A stretch of DNA of 64,000 nucleotides from NCBI GenBank assembly GCA_002344215.1, contig DDSV01000034.1, forward strand, positions 147,164-211,163, given 5' to 3'. Below, in pieces: positions 35,278-44,516 of this stretch; the stretch's first letter is position 1; every line of letters starts with the position of its first letter. The stretch is from Akkermansiaceae bacterium UBA2381. Lineage in GTDB: Bacteria; Verrucomicrobiota; Verrucomicrobiia; Verrucomicrobiales; DEV007. Position numbers and translations under genes: made by a program. The notes beneath the pieces are model-generated. The model did not search any database, was not told where the DNA came from, and worked only from the letters and a program-made list of their open reading frames with translations.

Positions 35278-36366
35278 ATGGCCCTTCTTTTCACCTACGT
35301 TCTCATTGCTCTCTTTATTTCGTTTGTCTGTTCGCTTCTGGAGGCATGTCTTCTCACGATCACTCCATCTGCAATCAACAGTGGCGAGCAACGGGGTGCC
35401 CGATGGGCCGCTCGAATGAAAGCTTACAAGGCGGACATTGACCGCCCGCTTTCCGCGATTTTGACTCTTAACACGGTAGCTCACACCATGGGTGCCGCAG
35501 GGGCGGGTGCCCAGTATGCCAGAATATTCGGGACAACCGGTGAAGCCATCTTCGCAGGCGGCCTCACCCTGGCAATTCTTGTGCTAACTGAAATTATTCC
35601 GAAGACACTTGGCTCCCGCTACGCGGTCGCCCTTGCCGGTGTCGCCTCCACGATTCTGCCTCTGATGATCACCGGGCTTGCCCCGCTGGTGTGGTTCTCG
35701 CGCCAGATCACGAAGTTGATCACCCCGCGTGGCCATGTCGTGCCCGAGATGCATCGTGAGGAATTGCTCGCCATGACACGTCTCGGGGCCGAGTCGGGCC
35801 AGATCGATGATCAGGAGAGCCAGTTTGTACAGAACCTGATCCAGCTCCACTCGATGAAGACCTGGGACATCATGACCCCGCGTCCGGTCATCTTTGCCCT
35901 GCCCGAAACGATGCCGCTGACCGATTTCGTCAAAGCGGTCGAGGACAAGCCATTCAGCCGGATTCCAATCTACAAATCTAATCGCGATGAGATTTCGGGT
36001 TTTGTCCTGCGCGGTGATGTGCTCGTCGCCCACCTCAAGGACGACGAGGACAAGCTCACCCTCTCGGAGGTGGCCCGGCCCATCGCGGTTGCGGCGGACA
36101 TCACGCCGGTGGACGCCCTCTTCCGTCGTTTCATCTCCGAGCGTCACCAGATCATGCTGATCGTCGATGAGTTTGGCTCCACCGTCGGACTCGTTACCTT
36201 CGAGGATGTCATCGAGACAATCTTCGGGTTTGAAATTGTTGATGAGAAGGACAAGGTCGCCGATCTTCAGCTCCATGCCCGCAATCTCTGGAAAGAGAGG
36301 GCCCGCCGGATGGGAATTGAACTGGACGAGGACGGGCAACTCCCGCCGCCCTCGATGCAGCCATGA
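35278..36366 (+). CDS. CNNM/DUF21-CBS (CorC/HlyC, hemolysin-family) protein
   Basis: SFVCSLLEA, LSAILTLNT, EIIPKTLG, IMTPR, FSRIPIY, VDEFG..GLVT.EDVIE. Confidence 0.92.
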   Translation: MALLFTYVLIALFISFVCSLLEACLLTITPSAINSGEQRGARWAARMKAYKADIDRPLSAILTLNTVAHTMGAAGAGAQYARIFGTTGEAIFAGGLTLAILVLTEIIPKTLGSRYAVALAGVASTILPLMITGLAPLVWFSRQITKLITPRGHVVPEMHREELLAMTRLGAESGQIDDQESQFVQNLIQLHSMKTWDIMTPRPVIFALPETMPLTDFVKAVEDKPFSRIPIYKSNRDEISGFVLRGDVLVAHLKDDEDKLTLSEVARPIAVAADITPVDALFRRFISERHQIMLIVDEFGSTVGLVTFEDVIETIFGFEIVDEKDKVADLQLHARNLWKERARRMGIELDEDGQLPPPSMQP

Positions 36367-36382
36367 GCCAGGGCCTGCGCTG

Positions 36383-36415
36383 GTAGGGTTGCAATTTTCA
36401 TCGTCTTTGCTACCC
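36383..36415 (+). repeat. Possible GTAG-type REP-like palindrome
   Basis: GTAG + GGTTGCAA ...12 nt... TTGCTACC (7/8 stem), intergenic. Confidence 0.35.
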
Positions 36416-36456
36416 TCGAAGACCCGTATATCCGGCAACCTCAAAACCCACCTTTT

Positions 36457-37620
36457 ATGAATCGAAAACTACGCATGGGAATGGTCGGCGGCGGCCGTGG
36501 AGCATTCATCGGACAGGTCCACCGCATGGCGGCAAATCTGGACGGAAAGATCGAACTGGTCGCGGGATGTTTCTCATCAGACCCGGAGAAGTCCAGGCTT
36601 TCCGGCCAGGATTTTTTCCTCGATCCCGAGCGGGTTTACTCGACCTACAAGGAGATGGCGGAGAAGGAAGCGGCCCGTCCGGACAAGATCGATTTTGTTT
36701 CCATCGTGGTGCAAAACCATCTCCACTTTGAAGTCGCGAAAACGTTTATCGAGGCAGGCTTTAATGTCATCTGTGACAAGCCGATGACCCACTGCTATGA
36801 ACAGGCTCTCGAACTTCGTGAGATCGTAAGGAAGAGTGATCGGGTCTTCGCCCTGACTCACAACTACACCGGTTACCCCATGGTGAAGGAAGCGCGCCGC
36901 ATGGTCCGCGATGGTGAACTCGGACGTATCCTCAAGATTGTCGCTGAATACCCTCAGGGATATGCCGTCGGTGATGTCGAGGGTGACGGACAGGGCAAGA
37001 TCAACAACTGGCGCTCCGATCCAAAGATCGCCGGCATTTCGAACTGCATGGGCGACATCGGAACCCACGCGCACAACCTGATCCGCTACATCACTGGGCT
37101 GGAGATCACCGAGATCTGTTCCGAGCTGACTGCGTTTATCCCCGGTCGCACTCTCGATGACGATGGGAATAACCTCGTTCGTTTTGAAGGGGGAGCGAAG
37201 GGTATCATTCACGCCTCGCAAATCTCGAATGGAGATGAGAATGCGCTCAACATTCGTGTCTACGGCACCAAGGCCTCGATCGAGTGGCATCAGGAGGATC
37301 CGAATGAACTTATCGTGAAGTACGCCAACGCCCCGCGAAAAATTTATCGTCGCGGAAATGATTACATCAGCGAGGCGGCCTCCGGTCACGGGTATACCCG
37401 AACCCCCTTTGCGCATCCCGAGGGATTTATCGAAGCATTTGCCAACATCTATCTCGCGGCCGCAAGGGCGATCGCGGATCAGATTGACGGCAACCCTGCG
37501 CCCGAGGGCGGATATGATTTTCCCACGGTCGATGACGGAGTTGCCGGCGTCGCTTTCATCAAGGCGACGGTCGAGAGCTCCGCATCGGATCAGAAGTGGA
37601 TCAAATTCCCGGCGGTGTGA
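36457..37620 (+). CDS. Gfo/Idh/MocA family oxidoreductase
   Basis: LRMGMVGGG.GAFIG.VHR, VICDKPM, HNYTGYPMV, GDIGTHA, HPEGFIEAFANIY. Confidence 0.94.
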   Translation: MNRKLRMGMVGGGRGAFIGQVHRMAANLDGKIELVAGCFSSDPEKSRLSGQDFFLDPERVYSTYKEMAEKEAARPDKIDFVSIVVQNHLHFEVAKTFIEAGFNVICDKPMTHCYEQALELREIVRKSDRVFALTHNYTGYPMVKEARRMVRDGELGRILKIVAEYPQGYAVGDVEGDGQGKINNWRSDPKIAGISNCMGDIGTHAHNLIRYITGLEITEICSELTAFIPGRTLDDDGNNLVRFEGGAKGIIHASQISNGDENALNIRVYGTKASIEWHQEDPNELIVKYANAPRKIYRRGNDYISEAASGHGYTRTPFAHPEGFIEAFANIYLAAARAIADQIDGNPAPEGGYDFPTVDDGVAGVAFIKATVESSASDQKWIKFPAV

Positions 37621-37701
37621 GTTCCGGGGGAGGGCCGCCCCCAGCGGGCGTTCGTCCCGGACTTGTGTGGACGGTTTGCCAAACCGTCCCTAACCTTAAT
37701 C

Positions 37702-38886
37702 ATGGCCAAATCCCCTCCGCGCTATGTGACCAAAGCGGGTGACTCACCCCTGTGGGCCTCGGAACCCTTTCGCGTCTTTTTTCCGCTTGGAATCGCCGCG
37801 GCCTTGTTCGGTCTTCTGCTCTGGCCATTGCACTACGCGGGCTGGTGGGAACTGTATCCGGCGCTGCAGCATCCCCGTATCCTCATTTTTGGATTCGGTG
37901 CGGCTTTCGTATTCGGATTCCTCGGAACGGCCTGGCCCCGCTTCCTGGAAGCGGAGGCCCTGCGTGTTTGGGAGGTCGGAACTCTGATCGCCGGATGGAT
38001 CGTCGCTCAACTCGCCTATGCCCGGGGTTCCATTGCCGTCGGTGATTTGCTTGGAGGCATTACCTGTCTCGTCTTTCTCTTCGTTCTCGGCCGGCGTCTT
38101 TTCGGTGAGAAGCGCGAAATCCCTCCTCCGGGTTTTGCGTTGGCGTTTTTTTCCGTCGCTCTCGCCTCCGCGACTTTGTTTGCGTGGTCAGCGGGTTTGG
38201 GGGAATACTCGGTCCAGGTCAGCCTTCTTCTTCGTCTTTTCGCTTATCAGGGCTTTCTGCTTCTTCCTATTCTCGGGGTGGGCTCGTATCTCTTTGCCCG
38301 GTTTTTCCAGGTGGCGGGTGCGCCTCCCGCGTTCGGGAAAGGGCGCCATCGGGGCCTGTTCGTGTGGGGCGCTGCCGGACTCATTCTTGTGTCGTTTTTT
38401 ATTGAAGCCTATATCTCAGCCCGATGGGGCAATATGACTCGCTTCGGGGCGATGGTGCTCTGGGCGTGGGGCGCTCTTCCGGGAATCTGGGCCGTGAAGG
38501 CTCCGGGGACGCGGGCATGGGCATTGAGATTCGGATTGATCCTGCTTGCCCTCGCCTTCCTCTGTCGCGTGATCTGGCCTTCGCCTCTCTTTGCCTTTCA
38601 GCATCTCCTTTTTCTGGGAGGGTTTTGTCAGGTCATCCTGCTGACAGCCGATCGGGTCATTCTGGGACATTGTGATGATCTTGCGGGAGTACTGCCAAAG
38701 AGCCGAGCGTGGCAGTGGATGGTCTGGCTCATGGTGCTGACCGCGGCAACCCGTGCAACGGCGGATCTGGTTCCTTCGACTCGGGTTTCGCATCACATCT
38801 ATGCGGCTCTCATGCTGGTCACGATTTTGATGATCTGGATGGGACTTCATCTAAAGCGGCTACGCCGAATCCCGCCCGGCGAATGA
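37702..38886 (+). CDS. nnrS: NnrS family membrane protein
   Basis: EPFRVFFPLG, conserved His (QHPRILIFGF), HLLFLGG, multi-TM. Confidence 0.75.
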   Translation: MAKSPPRYVTKAGDSPLWASEPFRVFFPLGIAAALFGLLLWPLHYAGWWELYPALQHPRILIFGFGAAFVFGFLGTAWPRFLEAEALRVWEVGTLIAGWIVAQLAYARGSIAVGDLLGGITCLVFLFVLGRRLFGEKREIPPPGFALAFFSVALASATLFAWSAGLGEYSVQVSLLLRLFAYQGFLLLPILGVGSYLFARFFQVAGAPPAFGKGRHRGLFVWGAAGLILVSFFIEAYISARWGNMTRFGAMVLWAWGALPGIWAVKAPGTRAWALRFGLILLALAFLCRVIWPSPLFAFQHLLFLGGFCQVILLTADRVILGHCDDLAGVLPKSRAWQWMVWLMVLTAATRATADLVPSTRVSHHIYAALMLVTILMIWMGLHLKRLRRIPPGE

Positions 38887-41642
38887 GTTCCGCATCCGGC
38901 ATTCTCAGTTATCTCGCGGAATGTTACCGTGAGAACGGAAGTCGAGTCGGGATCACCAGTCTTGGGAACGCCCGGGTGAGGGAGTCGCTAATCGTCGAGG
39001 GCGAAGATGTGGTAGTCTCGAAGTCATACTTTGATGGGATCCTCTATCTCCCCGGGAAAAAAGCAGCGACGCTCGCGACCCGGACGAGGCTTTACGAAAA
39101 GGAGTGTGAACTGTTTTACGGATCGGTCTTCCTCTGCGGAAATCTGGAGACCGGGGAGACGCTTAAGCGGCCCGCTCTCGCCCCGCTCATATTGTATTCC
39201 GCAACGGTGGAGCAGATCAGCAACGATTCCGGCGCGGAATTTTTAATTAACACAAATCGCCGTCTCCTTAACTATGCGCTCCTCGAGAATTTCGGTGACG
39301 ACCGTTTCATCGCCCGATTCGAGCAATGTATCGACGAGTCGTCCCATACCGAGGGCTGTGTGGGAGAGATCAGGAGCTTGTTTGAGGAATTGTTTCCCGA
39401 TTCAGATACCAGCAGGCTCCTTAGCTACCCCCACCTTATCAGTGCAGGGGAGCTGGGGGACGCCGCCCTGACACCTTCCTCACCGGAAAACGCGGCAGGG
39501 AGGTCGATCCGTCTGCTTCCGGCCGCAGCCCTTTTTCTCGCGGATCGTTCCACCGAAATGCGCGGAGTCCTCAACGACTTGAAGGGAATGGCCGACGTCC
39601 CCCACGAGCTTTCCGATCCCGTTCGGGTCCTCATGGGTGAGCCTCCGATCGGGACCCCGGGGCTCAATCAGCGGCGTGGAGAAATTCCCGCTATCCTTAG
39701 CGCCGCTCAGGAAATGATCGCCGCCTCGGCCCGAACTCATTTTCTCACACTCGCTGTCGGACCGCCTGGCACAGGGAAGTCCTTCACTATTGCCGCCCTG
39801 GCGATGGAGGCAATGAGCCGCGGTGAGTCCGTTCTTATCGCTTCGAAGATGGATCATGCCGTGGATGTCGTGGCCGACAAGATCGAACTAGCGCTGGGAC
39901 TCCCCGGCATCTGCGTCCGGGCAGGGCGAAAGAGTTACCTAAAGGATTTGAAAAAATTTCTCGAAGATCTTCTCGCGGGGTTACTCACCAACGACCTTGT
40001 TACCTGCGCCACGGTCAAGCTCGCAAGAAAACATCTCAGTCAGGGAAGGCGAGCGATTGAGCGGGCCGGGTGGATTTTTGAAAGGAAGGGGCGGAGGGAG
40101 GAAAAACGCGGCGTTCTCCTCAATCGGGTAAACCCCGGGCTTATCGCCCGCTGGCGAATCTCGAGGCTTAAGCGAGCCGCCTCCGAACAGGGCAATCTCA
40201 ATCGTTTCGCCGGAGAACTCTCGAATCAATTGAATCGTCAGATCACGGAAACAGTCGGATTCCTGAAACTGAACCGCCGCTTTCTTCTTCAGAAGGCCCT
40301 GCGCCGTCACCGGACGACCTTCCAGGCTTTCTCAAAGGGGGTGCGCGCCCGTACCTCTCAGCGTCAGGAAACTTATTTCGAAGACGTGCGGTGGGATGCG
40401 TTGCTCGAAGCGCTTCCGGTCTGGCTCGTTAATCTGAGCGATCTTCACCGCATTATCCCGCTTGAAAGGGGGCTTTTCGACCTCGTCATCATCGACGAAG
40501 CGTCCCAGTGTGACATTGCCTCGGCGATGCCGGCGCTGCAGCGGGGAAAACGGGCGGTGATCACCGGTGATCCAAAGCAGTTACGCCATCTCTCCTTTCT
40601 TCAGGCCGCACGGCAGGAGGAGTTTGCCTCTCGTTTCGGGATGAGCGATGAGGAGAGCGAGAGATTTCATTTTCGTAATGTCAGTCTCGTAGATCTCGTT
40701 TCCGGGGCGATTCAAAGTCAGGAATCAGTCATCTTTCTGAACGAACACTTCCGCAGTCGTCCCTCCATCATCGAGTTCAGCAACCGGGAATTTTATGCGG
40801 GGAAACTCGCGATCATGACAGGTCACCGGGAGGCTGATCATCGGAGCGAAGCTCCGCTCTCGTTGATAAGCACCCGGGGCAAGCGAGCGGAGAACGGAGT
40901 AAACGCGAGTGAACTCGACGGGGTCATGACCCATTTGAAGACCCTGACTTCTCCGGGAGCACCACCGCTGAGTATCGGGATACTTTCCCCATTCCGGGCT
41001 CAGGTTGACGCGATTTTGAAAGCAGTGGAGAAGATGCCGGACCTGACCGGTATTCTCAACCGTCACGATCTCCTCGTGGGAACCGCACATTCGTTTCAAG
41101 GAGAAGAGCGTGACATTGTGCTCTTGTCCCTCGCTCTGGACGATGACAGTCCCGCGGCTAGTTTTCGATTTCTGGAGAAGGAGGACCTTTTTAATGTCTC
41201 CATTACCCGAGCCCGGCTCGAGTACCGGATTTTTGTCTCCTTCGATCCCATGCGAGCACCACTGAGTCTAGCCGGGCGTTACCTCGACTACGTGAGCCAA
41301 CCGGATAAAGTGAATCAGGCTGGCCCGATCGGGGAATCCCTGTTCACCGAACCCTTTAGGGTTGATGTAAGGACTGCGCTGGTGGAACGCGGGATGGAGG
41401 TGATAGAGCATTTTGTGCTTGGAGGTTACAGTGTTGATCTCCTCTGTTGTGGAAAGGGTAGAAGTCTCGGAATTGATCTGATAGGTTTTCCAGGGCCCCA
41501 CTCTGAGGCGATGAGTATCGAACGTCATCTCCTGATGCAACGGGCTGGAATACGATTGTTTCCCATTTGCCTCCTTGAGTGGCAGAGCAAACGCGATCTT
41601 GTTCTGCAGGATCTGGAGGAGTGGCTCGCGCGCCCCTCATAG
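38883..41642 (+). CDS. Upf1/DNA2-like SF1 helicase (AAA_11/AAA_12) with C-terminal restriction-endonuclease-like (DUF559/MTES_1575-type) domain
   Basis: GPPGTGKS, DLVIIDEASQ, ITGDPKQL, LNEHFRS, GILSPFRAQV, TAHSFQGEERD, NVSITRAR. C-term F..DV..AL..RG.......GGYSVDL...GIDLIG. ATGA overlap with nnrS stop. Confidence 0.88.
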   Translation: MSSASGILSYLAECYRENGSRVGITSLGNARVRESLIVEGEDVVVSKSYFDGILYLPGKKAATLATRTRLYEKECELFYGSVFLCGNLETGETLKRPALAPLILYSATVEQISNDSGAEFLINTNRRLLNYALLENFGDDRFIARFEQCIDESSHTEGCVGEIRSLFEELFPDSDTSRLLSYPHLISAGELGDAALTPSSPENAAGRSIRLLPAAALFLADRSTEMRGVLNDLKGMADVPHELSDPVRVLMGEPPIGTPGLNQRRGEIPAILSAAQEMIAASARTHFLTLAVGPPGTGKSFTIAALAMEAMSRGESVLIASKMDHAVDVVADKIELALGLPGICVRAGRKSYLKDLKKFLEDLLAGLLTNDLVTCATVKLARKHLSQGRRAIERAGWIFERKGRREEKRGVLLNRVNPGLIARWRISRLKRAASEQGNLNRFAGELSNQLNRQITETVGFLKLNRRFLLQKALRRHRTTFQAFSKGVRARTSQRQETYFEDVRWDALLEALPVWLVNLSDLHRIIPLERGLFDLVIIDEASQCDIASAMPALQRGKRAVITGDPKQLRHLSFLQAARQEEFASRFGMSDEESERFHFRNVSLVDLVSGAIQSQESVIFLNEHFRSRPSIIEFSNREFYAGKLAIMTGHREADHRSEAPLSLISTRGKRAENGVNASELDGVMTHLKTLTSPGAPPLSIGILSPFRAQVDAILKAVEKMPDLTGILNRHDLLVGTAHSFQGEERDIVLLSLALDDDSPAASFRFLEKEDLFNVSITRARLEYRIFVSFDPMRAPLSLAGRYLDYVSQPDKVNQAGPIGESLFTEPFRVDVRTALVERGMEVIEHFVLGGYSVDLLCCGKGRSLGIDLIGFPGPHSEAMSIERHLLMQRAGIRLFPICLLEWQSKRDLVLQDLEEWLARPS

Positions 41643-41714
41643 AAGTGGTCTCCACGCGACACGCCCGTGAACGCGGACCTTCCCGTTCGCGGGTTGATCC
41701 GGAAAGATAATGAG

Positions 41715-43037
41715 ATGATTCCGCGTCTCCTCATGGTTCTGCTCCTCTTGTCTATGACGGCAGGCAATTCTCGCGCCGATGATCCGGCTGCCCGTCCGAA
41801 TATCATTTTCATCCTCGCCGACGACCTTGGCTGGGCGGACGTTGGATACCATGGATCGGAAATCAAAACCCCGAATCTCGACCGGCTCGCGGCAGAAGGG
41901 ACTCGGCTGAATCAGCAATACGCCTACCCGACCTGCTCACCAACCCGGGTAGCTTTGCTCTCCGGACGTTACCCCAGCCGCTTCGGGGTTTTTGCGCCGC
42001 TTGGGGAAACCACAAAAATGACTGGAACGGATTCCCGTCTGCCTCACGAACTGAAGCGTCTCGGTTATCGCACTCATTTGTCGGGTAAGTGGCATATCGG
42101 TGAAACGCCCGAACACAGGCCCCGTAATTACGGATTCGACACCACCTACGGCTATCTGCGCGGGCAGATTGATCCTTACACCCACCGCTACAAGACCGGC
42201 GATCATGTCACCTGGCATCGCAATGATGAGTTTTTCGAGGAGGAGGGACATGTCACTGATCTTATCACCAACGAGGCGATTCGGGTCGTGAAGGAGTCAG
42301 GTGATGATCCTTTTTTCCTCTATGTTGCCCACCATTCACCGCACTATCCCCTGAATGAACCGCCGAAATGGATTGCTCCCTACGAGAAGACAATCTCCGA
42401 CCCGGCGAGACGCCACTTTGCGGCGGCGGTCAGCCATCTCGACGACGGGATAGGAAGACTGATCACAGCGCTGGATGAGTCGGGGAAAGGTGAGAACACC
42501 CTGGTCATTTTCTCATCCGACAATGGCGGGCAGCAAAACGCCCTTGAGTCCGGGAAGGTCTACGACGGCCGTTATGCGCCGCTTCCTCATCTCGGCAAGA
42601 ACCACCCCTTGCGCGGTTGGAAAGGGGATCTTTACGAAGGTGGCATTCGGGTCCCTGCCTTTGTCCGCTGGACCGGAGTCATCGAATCAGGGGGAGTAAT
42701 CGAATCGCCAACTCACATTTGTGACTGGGTGCCCACCTTGATCGGACTCGCCGGAGGTGCGACTGATTCAGCCTGGAAACTCGACGGTCTGAGTATTCTC
42801 TCACTTCTGAAAGGCGAGGGGGTGGAAACTGGAGCGCGAACGCTCTACTGGCGAACCAATCAGGGAGTTGCGATTCGCGAGGGGGATTGGAAGCTGATCG
42901 TCAGCGGAAAGGGAGGAGCGATGGAGTTGTTCGATCTGGCCTCCGACCCCAATGAGACCAATGACCTTGCGACTTCCCGGTCGCAGAAAGTCGCGCTGCT
43001 TCGTGGGAAACTCGACTCTATCAGGGCAGGAGATTAG
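41715..43037 (+). CDS. Secreted arylsulfatase (formylglycine-dependent)
   Basis: RPNIIFILADDLG, CSPTR (CxPxR), GKWHIG, SSDNGG, KGDLYEGGIRVP. Confidence 0.95.
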   Translation: MIPRLLMVLLLLSMTAGNSRADDPAARPNIIFILADDLGWADVGYHGSEIKTPNLDRLAAEGTRLNQQYAYPTCSPTRVALLSGRYPSRFGVFAPLGETTKMTGTDSRLPHELKRLGYRTHLSGKWHIGETPEHRPRNYGFDTTYGYLRGQIDPYTHRYKTGDHVTWHRNDEFFEEEGHVTDLITNEAIRVVKESGDDPFFLYVAHHSPHYPLNEPPKWIAPYEKTISDPARRHFAAAVSHLDDGIGRLITALDESGKGENTLVIFSSDNGGQQNALESGKVYDGRYAPLPHLGKNHPLRGWKGDLYEGGIRVPAFVRWTGVIESGGVIESPTHICDWVPTLIGLAGGATDSAWKLDGLSILSLLKGEGVETGARTLYWRTNQGVAIREGDWKLIVSGKGGAMELFDLASDPNETNDLATSRSQKVALLRGKLDSIRAGD

Positions 43038-43074
43038 CCTGAATAGCGGGGATAGTTCCACCCGGGATGAGGTC

Positions 43075-44427
43075 TCAAAGCATCGCTCCAAAACCCGTCA
43101 GTCGCTTCACTACCTCCTCTTTCCCTAACAGGACCAGAACGGGGGCCAGATCAGCTCCGGTCGTGCTGCCCATGACGGCGACGCGGCAGGGAAGCATGAG
43201 AGCTCCCATCTTGAGCCCGATTTTTCCGGCAGCTTCGTTAATTGCTGACTTGATGCCGTCGACGGTCCAGTCACTCGTTCCCGCGATACCATCAGCGAGA
43301 GCGGAGATTACCTGGGGGAGTTCCGCCTTTTCGCGCACCTTGGCGATGGAAGCGTCGTCGTAAGTCACCGTGTCGGAAAAGATCGTGGCAATGACGCCGG
43401 GGATCTCACTGAGGAGCTGGGCACGGTCACGGGCCAGTTCGAGCGCGGCCGGGACCCGGGCATCGGTCGGATCAATACCCGCGCGGCTGAGAAAAGGGGC
43501 CGCGTTTGTGAGCAGGTCAGCCGCGGAGAGATGCTTGAGATGCTCGCTGTTGACCCAGCGGCATTTGTCGTAGTCGAATTTCGAATTCGAACTGTTTACC
43601 CCGGGAAGATCAAAGCGGGCTTTGAGTTCCTCGATGGAGAAGATCTCCTGATCATCTTTTGCCGACCATCCTAGAAGGGCCATATAGTTGTTCACCGCAG
43701 CGGGCAGGAATCCGTTTTCCTGATACTCGTGAATGAGCGCTCCCTGGTCGCGTTTGCTCATCTTCGTGCCGCTCGGGTTGAGGTTGAGCGGAATGTGGGC
43801 AAAGACCGGAGGCGTCGCGCCGAAGGCTTCAAACAGGGCAAGGTGCTTCGGTGTGTTGGAGAGGTGATCCTCCCCGCGAATGACGTGGGTGATCGCCATC
43901 TCAATGTCATCGACCACATTCACAAAGTGAAAAATGTAGCCGCCGTTCGGACGTTTAATGACGATGTCGGGATTCGCCTCGACTTCCTGTTTCGTTTCCG
44001 CGTCGTAGCGCCGCGATCCCTGCTCTTTGAGGTTGGTCGAGACTTCTCCGCAGATGGCGTCTGACACAGTGATCAGTTTGTCCGGAACGCGGAAGCGGAT
44101 CGCGCCGTCGTCTTCGTAGACGTGACCGGAGGCTTCGAGCCTGGCGAGGTAGCGATCATAAACATCATTGCGTTCGCTTTGAAAGTAAGGGCCGTATTCT
44201 CCGCCGACGCCCGGACCCTCGTCCCACTCGAGTCCCAGCCACTTGAGGCCGTCGAGGATAATCTGCATGGACTCCGTTGTGCTGCGGTCGGCGTCGGTGT
44301 CCTCGACCCGCAGGATGAAGGTGCCGCCGTGGTGACGGGCGTAGAGCCAGTTATAGAGCGCAGTGCGGGCACCTCCGATGTGGAGGAAGCCGGTAGGTGA
44401 GGGGGCAAAACGGGTGCGGACGGTCAT
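43075..44427 (-). CDS. gltX: Glutamate--tRNA ligase
   Basis: VRTRFAPSPTGFLHIGG, RVEDTD, VIRGEDHLSNT, KMSKR. Confidence 0.97.
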   Translation of the reverse strand: MTVRTRFAPSPTGFLHIGGARTALYNWLYARHHGGTFILRVEDTDADRSTTESMQIILDGLKWLGLEWDEGPGVGGEYGPYFQSERNDVYDRYLARLEASGHVYEDDGAIRFRVPDKLITVSDAICGEVSTNLKEQGSRRYDAETKQEVEANPDIVIKRPNGGYIFHFVNVVDDIEMAITHVIRGEDHLSNTPKHLALFEAFGATPPVFAHIPLNLNPSGTKMSKRDQGALIHEYQENGFLPAAVNNYMALLGWSAKDDQEIFSIEELKARFDLPGVNSSNSKFDYDKCRWVNSEHLKHLSAADLLTNAAPFLSRAGIDPTDARVPAALELARDRAQLLSEIPGVIATIFSDTVTYDDASIAKVREKAELPQVISALADGIAGTSDWTVDGIKSAINEAAGKIGLKMGALMLPCRVAVMGSTTGADLAPVLVLLGKEEVVKRLTGFGAML

Positions 44428-44516
44428 CGCGGTGAAGGTGCCGCAATGTGAGCGATGGTCAAGGTTGGATGGGTTGAGGGGAGTTCTTCGTTCTTCGTTC
44501 ACAGCTTTTGTTCTGG

